A DNA stretch of 31,542 nt. Source: a virus. Its lineage: Duplodnaviria > Caudoviricetes. Position 1 is the stretch's first letter. Each line of letters starts with the position of its first letter. The stretch spans positions 1-31,542 of IMG/VR virus record IMGVR_UViG_3300011442_000021. One strand, 5' to 3'. Of the stretch, positions 26,537 through 31,542 are shown in pieces. The notes under the pieces are model-generated. The model had not been told where the DNA came from. It saw only the letters and a list, made by a program, of their open reading frames with translations, and searched no databases. The translations under genes were made by a program, and so were the position numbers.

Positions 26537-26730
26537 CTAAAAGACAATTATCTTTGACGTTAGAACCCTTCGATGATGATATAGAAATTATTCTTTTTGT
26601 GGGGGAACATAATAAATATGAACCCAAAGTATTTTATACAATAGGTAATGATTGTAATGCTCAAATACTATTAACAGATGGTTTTAGCCAGCCATTGAAA
26701 AAATCAGTAGAATTGAAAGTAAGAGGATGA
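26533..26730 (+). CDS. Hypothetical protein
   Basis: 65 aa, ATGA overlaps at both ends. Confidence 0.6.
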   Translation: MTKRQLSLTLEPFDDDIEIILFVGEHNKYEPKVFYTIGNDCNAQILLTDGFSQPLKKSVELKVRG

Positions 26731-27761
26731 CTGAACTAGAAAAGCAATTAGAAGCAATTAAATCAGTCAATGAAGTTAAGGAAGTCATAAGTCCCATCAT
26801 CCTCATTCCTAAAAAGAATGTAATCCTTGATGCAACTATGATGACTGCATTAATGAATTGTGCTCGATTCACTGAATTAAGATTTGGACTTCAATTAGTT
26901 CAAATAGGTGGTAAATCCAATTCATTAGAAGTAGGTTCAATCGTTCATAAAGTCTTTGAAGTATACTATGATAGTTTAATTCATAGGCATAGTAAGAAAG
27001 ATGCCATCGCGCTTGGATTAACCGCTGGTGAAATGTATATCAAAGGATGCCAATACTGCACCGATTTCACCCCTACTGCTGAAGTAAGTAAGCCGATATG
27101 TGGTCATCCAGTAAATGAATATCCAGGTGTGCGTAATACACCACCTGATAATCAAACTAAACCCGAGCGTGTTGGATGGAAGTGGGCATTACAAACATGC
27201 GAACAATACTTTGAACACTACAAGAATGATTACTGGGTTCCATTAGAAACCGAAACAGTTAAGCGCGAGATACTGTTTGAAGATAATGAAATTCGTGTAA
27301 TGTGGAAAGCCAAGCTGGATTTAATAGTAGATACTAATCAAGAAATACTTTCAGTAGACCATAAGACGATGAAACAGCGTCGTGATACGATTAGTTTGAA
27401 TAATCAATTCATTGGGCAATGCCTATTGATGAAAACTCGTAATGTTGTTATCAATAAAGTAGGTTTCCAAACTTCATTGAAATTAGAGGAACGGTTTACG
27501 CGCCCGATTATATCATATTCAGCTGATAGACTTCTTGAGTGGCAATCTGAAATCTTACCATACTGGGCATATCAGTTACTCCAATTCAGTGAATCCAATT
27601 ATTATCCCCCAACTGGACATGGTGTGAACTGTGAAACAAAATATGGTAACTGCATATTCAAAGAGGTATGTGAATCGGATAGAGGTATGCGTGAGGAAGT
27701 TCTAAAACAGGAGTTCATGGTAGGACCGAAGTGGGATATTGATAACCTAGAAAAGGAATAA
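26727..27761 (+). CDS. PD-(D/E)XK exonuclease (RecB/Cas4-like)
   Basis: CAR, GSIVH, ETE, KLDLIV and VDHKT, plus C-terminal C-x6-C-x5-C (Fe-S staple pattern). Confidence 0.85.
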   Translation: MTELEKQLEAIKSVNEVKEVISPIILIPKKNVILDATMMTALMNCARFTELRFGLQLVQIGGKSNSLEVGSIVHKVFEVYYDSLIHRHSKKDAIALGLTAGEMYIKGCQYCTDFTPTAEVSKPICGHPVNEYPGVRNTPPDNQTKPERVGWKWALQTCEQYFEHYKNDYWVPLETETVKREILFEDNEIRVMWKAKLDLIVDTNQEILSVDHKTMKQRRDTISLNNQFIGQCLLMKTRNVVINKVGFQTSLKLEERFTRPIISYSADRLLEWQSEILPYWAYQLLQFSESNYYPPTGHGVNCETKYGNCIFKEVCESDRGMREEVLKQEFMVGPKWDIDNLEKE

Positions 27762-27763
27762 TA

Positions 27764-27958
27764 ATGAATCGAATAGTATTTATTTGTAAAACTTGTGAAT
27801 ATCGTAATGGACAAAATCTTGGTTGGGAAGGATATGTTCTTAGGGATATAGTATTCACATCATTTACTGCGGCTTGGGAACATTTATTTGAAACCCAAAA
27901 TGATAGAGATGATTCAATTCATCAAATTGAATCTGAAATAGTAGAAGATAAGGAATGA
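27764..27958 (+). CDS. Small C2H2-like Zn-finger protein
   Basis: FICKTC...F...AWEH...H. AAGGA RBS. Confidence 0.65.
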   Translation: MNRIVFICKTCEYRNGQNLGWEGYVLRDIVFTSFTAAWEHLFETQNDRDDSIHQIESEIVEDKE

Positions 27959-28137
27959 CAACCAAATATCGCGTAGAAACTTGGGACCCAGTAACTAATA
28001 TGTATCATATCTGGTGGATAGGAAATTCATTAGAACAAGCTGAAACTATGTTTCATAAACCATATGTTCAGCATTTAACACGTAAGTTAATCAAAACAAT
28101 TGAAGAAGAACTATATAGAGAAAGAGGAAAGAAATGA
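27955..28137 (+). CDS. Hypothetical protein
   Basis: 60 aa, ATGA overlaps. Confidence 0.65.
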   Translation: MTTKYRVETWDPVTNMYHIWWIGNSLEQAETMFHKPYVQHLTRKLIKTIEEELYRERGKK

Positions 28138-28373
28138 CAAGAAAAGAACATTTAAAGTGGTGTAAGGAACGTGCAATACAAGAATACGATTACTATGCTA
28201 AGACAGAGCCAAAACGTGCATTACAAAATGGCATAACGTCAATGGCATCTGACCTTAATAAGCATGAAGAAACCAAAAGTGCTACCCTACAATCACTATG
28301 TATGATGCAGTTAATGACTAAGCCAAATATGTCTAGACAGGAATTTGTTAATTTCATTAATGGGTTCAATTAA
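28134..28373 (+). CDS. Hypothetical phage protein
   Basis: 79 aa, MTRKEHLKWCKERA...SMASDLNKHEET...FINGFN. GAGG RBS. Confidence 0.75.
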   Translation: MTRKEHLKWCKERAIQEYDYYAKTEPKRALQNGITSMASDLNKHEETKSATLQSLCMMQLMTKPNMSRQEFVNFINGFN

Positions 28374-28508
28374 ATGCACAGATATGTTTGTATTGATTGT
28401 AACCTAGTGAAGCGTGCTTCAAACAGAAAACGTGGACGTTGCAGAAAATGTTTGAATGAAAATCTTCCTGGTGATGGTAATAGACCAAACAGAAAGAAAA
28501 AGAAGTAA
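28374..28508 (+). CDS. Small basic Zn-finger protein
   Basis: Not in the ORF track. 44 aa, MHRYVCIDCNLVKRASNRKRGRCRKCLNENLPGDGNRPNRKKKK. Confidence 0.65.
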   Translation: MHRYVCIDCNLVKRASNRKRGRCRKCLNENLPGDGNRPNRKKKK

Positions 28509-28513
28509 TTATA

Positions 28514-29323
28514 ATGCCTGACATGTCAACGATAGACCCATCGCTCTTATTCAGTATGTTTAAGGGCGACCCTGGAACTAGGAAGTCTACAGAAGCATTA
28601 TCCTATCCTATGCCGCAGTTTTGGTTTAGTTGGGATAGAAAGATGGAATCAATGATGCTTCCTATGCAAAAATGGGGATTAGACCCAAAGCAAATTAAGT
28701 ATGAAGATTACGATGATTGGAATAAGCCACGCGCTCAGTTGGAAAAATTTCAATTGAATTGTGAATACAAAACTATTGTATTTGATTCAATCACTTCAAT
28801 GGCGGATATGACATTACGCCAAACTAAACGTAGTAAGACTGGTGTAACTAGACAATCAGGAGCTAAAGCGGGTAAAGAGATTAGTGGAATTAGCGTAAAT
28901 GAAATAGAGGATTACAATGCTGAGTCGTCGGCATTAAATGAGCTAATCGCGTTAGCAAAAGACATTCACAAATTTCATAAGGTTAATATCATTCTCATTG
29001 CGCATGTTGTGCAAGCTGAATATAAATCAGTTACAGGAGAAACCCATTTTAGTAGAACAATTGTAACAGCAGGTAAACGTGTAGCACCTAAGATACCTGC
29101 ATACTGTGGTGAAGTATATCACTTCAACATAGAAAAGAGCTTTGATGCATCACAAGGAGGACAATATGCATTGTTAACAGAACACACGGGTGATGATTTC
29201 GCACGGACCGGCCTACCATTAGATAAGAAGATTATCTTTGGTAACGAACCCCTGTATAGCAAGTGGATTCTACCTGCTATAAACAAACTAAAACAATCAC
29301 CTGACAAACCAACTACATTCTAA
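28514..29323 (+). CDS. AAA_24 / Sak4-like P-loop ATPase (RecA-like annealase)
   Basis: Walker A-like GDPGTRKS, Walker B YKTIVFDSIT and NIILIAH. Lies between the exonuclease and SSB-like genes. Confidence 0.8.
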   Translation: MPDMSTIDPSLLFSMFKGDPGTRKSTEALSYPMPQFWFSWDRKMESMMLPMQKWGLDPKQIKYEDYDDWNKPRAQLEKFQLNCEYKTIVFDSITSMADMTLRQTKRSKTGVTRQSGAKAGKEISGISVNEIEDYNAESSALNELIALAKDIHKFHKVNIILIAHVVQAEYKSVTGETHFSRTIVTAGKRVAPKIPAYCGEVYHFNIEKSFDASQGGQYALLTEHTGDDFARTGLPLDKKIIFGNEPLYSKWILPAINKLKQSPDKPTTF

Positions 29324-29417
29324 CATGTTCATCAACCAAGGAGAAATTACAACACCAAAATTCAACACACGTAAATTCTACAACATCTATCAACTCTACA
29401 AACAATGGAGAAAAAGA

Positions 29418-29825
29418 ATGTCACCAATCATTTCATTTGGACCAAAAGACCTGCTAAGGGGTAAAACAGTTACCCCGTCGTGGTATCGTGTTCATATCGA
29501 TTCTGTGGGTGAAGCTCCATCGAAGGATGGTGGTTCTACCAACTATCCCGTAGAAGGAACTATCAAGTTCAATGCAGATAATGGCGATTTAGAATTCGCT
29601 AATTTCCCACTTGAATGGAATTTCAATAGCAAGGCAATCGGTTTTGCTGTTGGATTCCTGCAGTCGTTTGGTGCGGAAGTCAAAGAAGGTGTTCGTTTCG
29701 ATTTGGCATCCGCAGCAGGTAAGGAACTGGACGTATACGTAGAGAACGACAACTATCAGGGTAGAATGGTGAATCGCGTGAATCACAAATATCGTGCTCC
29801 ACGTGATGTTCCTGCATCGGTGTAA
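29418..29825 (+). CDS. SSB-like OB-fold protein (DUF669-like)
   Basis: Start moved to ATG 29418 after GGAG. PSWYRVHIDSV...SKDGGS and GKELDVYVEND.YQGR..NRV. Follows the Sak4-like gene. Confidence 0.7.
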   Translation: MSPIISFGPKDLLRGKTVTPSWYRVHIDSVGEAPSKDGGSTNYPVEGTIKFNADNGDLEFANFPLEWNFNSKAIGFAVGFLQSFGAEVKEGVRFDLASAAGKELDVYVENDNYQGRMVNRVNHKYRAPRDVPASV

Positions 29826-29828
29826 GTA

Positions 29829-29966
29829 TGGATGCCATTCATTGTAGCTAAACCATAACCTACAATGGATACTGAACTCTTAATCATCCATTGGGACACA
29901 GAAAGCGCGCTATGATGAGAGTGGGTGAAATGAAAGTTAGGATAAAGTGGTCCTAGATGGCATCCG
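29829..29966 (+). ncRNA. Candidate structured non-coding RNA (multi-stem junction)
   Basis: Closing stem GGATGCCAT/ATGGCATCC encloses three internal stems and fills the intergenic gap. Family not recognised. Confidence 0.5.
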
Positions 29967-29995
29967 CGTTTAATTCAGCTAATTGAGAAAATAGA

Positions 29996-30181
29996 ATGAA
30001 CGACAAAACTAACGGTGGTGGACAGACGATGAATGAATCTGATGCTGATATAGCAAAAGATAGTAAGGTTCCTGAAGAAGTGGAAGAAAAGGATTCAGAA
30101 ATTGAATCCACCGATGACGACGATGAAGATGATGACGATGACGAATCAGAAGATTTTGAGGGTAGTGACGATAAAGATTGA
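29996..30181 (+). CDS. Highly acidic small protein
   Basis: 61 aa with about 29 D/E. Alternative start at the second Met. Confidence 0.7.
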   Translation: MNDKTNGGGQTMNESDADIAKDSKVPEEVEEKDSEIESTDDDDEDDDDDESEDFEGSDDKD

Positions 30182-30184
30182 TAT

Positions 30185-30321
30185 TCACTGAAACGTGGTC
30201 CGCGTAGCTACTCTAAGTTGCTTAATAAGCAGAGTTGTAGTAGTTAACATAAAGACCAATTCAGTGATAGGGGTGGCATTCAATATACGTGAACTCGTAT
30301 ACGGGTGTCACCCCGACTTTT
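30185..30321 (+). ncRNA. Candidate structured RNA / csp leader (long irregular hairpin plus terminator-like hairpin)
   Basis: Nested stems at 30185-30267, then a GGGGTGGCATTC/GGGTGTCACCCC hairpin followed by GACTTTT. Confidence 0.45.
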
Positions 30322-30343
30322 AGAATTTAATTGGAGAATGAAA

Positions 30344-30622
30344 TTGACTGAAGAAAAAAGAATTACTGGTAGAATTATTAAAGTATCTGATAAAGGATTT
30401 GGATTCATTACATCAAAAGACATTCCATTCACGCGTATTTTCTTTCACTGGACTTCATTGAATCAAGATACAGCACATTTTACTGAACTCAAGAAAGGTG
30501 ATGAAGTAGAATTCACTCCTATTGAAGTTGAGAATAAGGGCATCCGCGCTATTAAGATAGATGTATTGGAACCTGAAGTTAATGAAGGGGATGATTCAGT
30601 AAAAATAGTGGAGCAGAAATGA
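30344..30622 (+). CDS. Cold-shock domain protein
   Basis: RNP1 KGFGFI, RNP2-like IFFHWTSL and LKKGDEVEF...KGIRA. Likely TTG start at 30344 after GGAG. Confidence 0.9.
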   Translation: MTEEKRITGRIIKVSDKGFGFITSKDIPFTRIFFHWTSLNQDTAHFTELKKGDEVEFTPIEVENKGIRAIKIDVLEPEVNEGDDSVKIVEQK

Positions 30623-30813
30623 TAGTATTTCCTAGTGAAGGAATAACTATACTAGACCCAACTATGAAGATAAATGAGATTAGAATATTGCCTCGCGGTT
30701 TAGAAGAAGTTATCGGATTAAAGATAACTAATAAAACTGGTAAACATTTATTCATCGAAGTGATACCAAACATGTGGGAGCCAAAGGAGTTAATAATAAG
30801 ACATGAAACCTGA
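30619..30813 (+). CDS. Hypothetical protein
   Basis: 64 aa, ATGA overlap, GGAG RBS. Confidence 0.65.
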   Translation: MIVFPSEGITILDPTMKINEIRILPRGLEEVIGLKITNKTGKHLFIEVIPNMWEPKELIIRHET

Positions 30814-30985
30814 AAATGTAACGTGTCCTGAATGTGATGGGCCGATGGTATCACGCAAAGGAAAATTTGGCACATTTTGGGGGTGTAAACAATATCCTAA
30901 ATGCACAGGAACTAGAGATAGTATGGGCCGTAGTAAACAAGACCGTGAAACTGAAAGATTAAGAAAAGAAGATAGTGAAGAATGA
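30803..30985 (+). CDS. Stand-alone topoisomerase-type C4 Zn-ribbon protein
   Basis: CPECDGPMVSRKGKFGTFWGCKQYPKC matches the TopA C-terminal Zn-ribbon pattern. AAGGAG RBS. Confidence 0.85.
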   Translation: MKPENVTCPECDGPMVSRKGKFGTFWGCKQYPKCTGTRDSMGRSKQDRETERLRKEDSEE

Positions 30986-31179
30986 GCTATAAAGAATTTC
31001 TTTTGGAATTTGATAATGAACCTAAATATACTAGACGACAAATGGCTGAAGCAATGAAACAATGTGTTGCTGAACATGTAGTTAATAGAGTAATTCAGCA
31101 GGGTAAGGATTACAATATAGCAATGCAAATCCTCGCGATTCATAAAACACCCGAAGGAATTATAGTAATTGTCAGATAA
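30982..31179 (+). CDS. Hypothetical protein
   Basis: 65 aa, ATGA overlap. Confidence 0.65.
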   Translation: MSYKEFLLEFDNEPKYTRRQMAEAMKQCVAEHVVNRVIQQGKDYNIAMQILAIHKTPEGIIVIVR

Positions 31180-31542
31180 GAAGTATGTTCCCGGAATGGG
31201 TAATTTTGGCGCCAAGTTAATGGCGATAGCTGAAGCTCCATCTTATGCTGAAACCGCGGCAGGTAAACCGTTAGTAGGTCCATCAGGTAAGGAATTTGAT
31301 AGGCTATTGAATGACGCCGGAATTAGTCGTAGTGAACTGTGGATATCTAATGTATTCAAATATGAGATACCACCGAACATAGGTAAGAAAAAAGTTCCAG
31401 CATGGGTTCGCGCTCAACAAGCTGGAATAGATGTGCAACAATCGCTGAATGAATTACAAGTTGAAATAAATTCTATTAAACCTAATTGCATACTTGGACT
31501 AGGTGGAACTGCATTATGGGCACTAACTGGAATTAAACCCAA
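31169..31542 (+). CDS. Family-4 uracil-DNA glycosylase-like domain (truncated; possibly the N-terminus of an SPO1-type DNA polymerase)
   Basis: Not in the ORF track. TTG start after GAAGGA. MSDKKYVPGMGNFGAKLMAIAEAPSYAETAAGKPLVGPSGKEFDRLLNDAGISRSELWISNVFK...EINSIKPNCILGLGGTA. Confidence 0.85.
   Translation, partial: MSDKKYVPGMGNFGAKLMAIAEAPSYAETAAGKPLVGPSGKEFDRLLNDAGISRSELWISNVFKYEIPPNIGKKKVPAWVRAQQAGIDVQQSLNELQVEINSIKPNCILGLGGTALWALTGIKP

Larger units (their letters stand above)
1..31542. mobile_element. Tailed dsDNA bacteriophage (Caudoviricetes) genome segment, probably podovirus-like
   Basis: TerL, portal, scaffold, capsid, adaptor, nozzle and fibre genes lie on the minus strand. Dense small early genes and a recombination module lie on the plus strand. 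There are no host housekeeping genes, and no tape measure or sheath gene in the window. Confidence 0.95.

Noticed and set aside
26727-27761. Cas4-like nuclease as a sign of a CRISPR system
   Set aside because: No repeat-spacer array or other cas genes were seen, and the context is the exonuclease/Sak4/SSB recombination module.
29829-29966. tRNA or c-di-GMP-I riboswitch reading of the structured element
   Set aside because: There is no TTCGA T-loop or tRNA arm sizing. The CTAAAC and GGGAC..AAAGC fragments occur in the reverse order to the riboswitch consensus.
29325-30343. Extended starts in the ORF track (29325 for the SSB-like gene, 30305 for csp)
   Set aside because: Better RBS-linked starts exist at 29418 and 30344. 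The extensions run through a low-complexity leader and a hairpin.
20182-31215. Minus-strand ORFs in the right arm (e.g. 24988-25356, 30579-30875, 30790-31215)
   Set aside because: They are antisense to a tightly coupled plus-strand operon and show no coding signal.
1-31542. Alternative genetic code or stop-codon recoding
   Set aside because: Core genes are full length in code 11 and all three stops are used at sensible gene boundaries.

Overview
This is a 31.5-kb fragment of an AT-rich (roughly 37% GC by eye) tailed dsDNA phage with two divergent arms. The left arm (1-18959, minus strand) is the late/virion operon. In transcription order it holds small membrane, secreted and cationic proteins with a probable TerS, a GT2 glycosyltransferase, TerL, a portal with an inserted Zn-ribbon, scaffold, major capsid protein, decoration protein, head-tail adaptor, a nozzle/stabilisation-like protein and collagen-like fibre genes. 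That order suggests a podovirus-like virion. The right arm (19149-31542, plus strand) is early/replication. It holds many small Zn-finger ORFs, a papain-fold peptidase, an SprT-SNF2 fusion, a PD-(D/E)XK nuclease/Sak4-like ATPase/SSB-like recombination module, two structured intergenic RNA candidates around a very acidic ORF, a cold-shock protein, a stand-alone topoisomerase Zn-ribbon and a truncated, degenerate family-4 UDG domain. Between the arms are back-to-back sigma70 promoters, a cluster of sigma54-like boxes and phased TGCA repeats. An origin-like element lies at about 21.0-21.3 kb. Across the window GATC and GTAC are nearly absent while CGCG is over-represented. I found no tRNA, rRNA, CRISPR array or integrase. 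All family calls come from motif recognition by eye; no database search was run, and motif counts are hand tallies.
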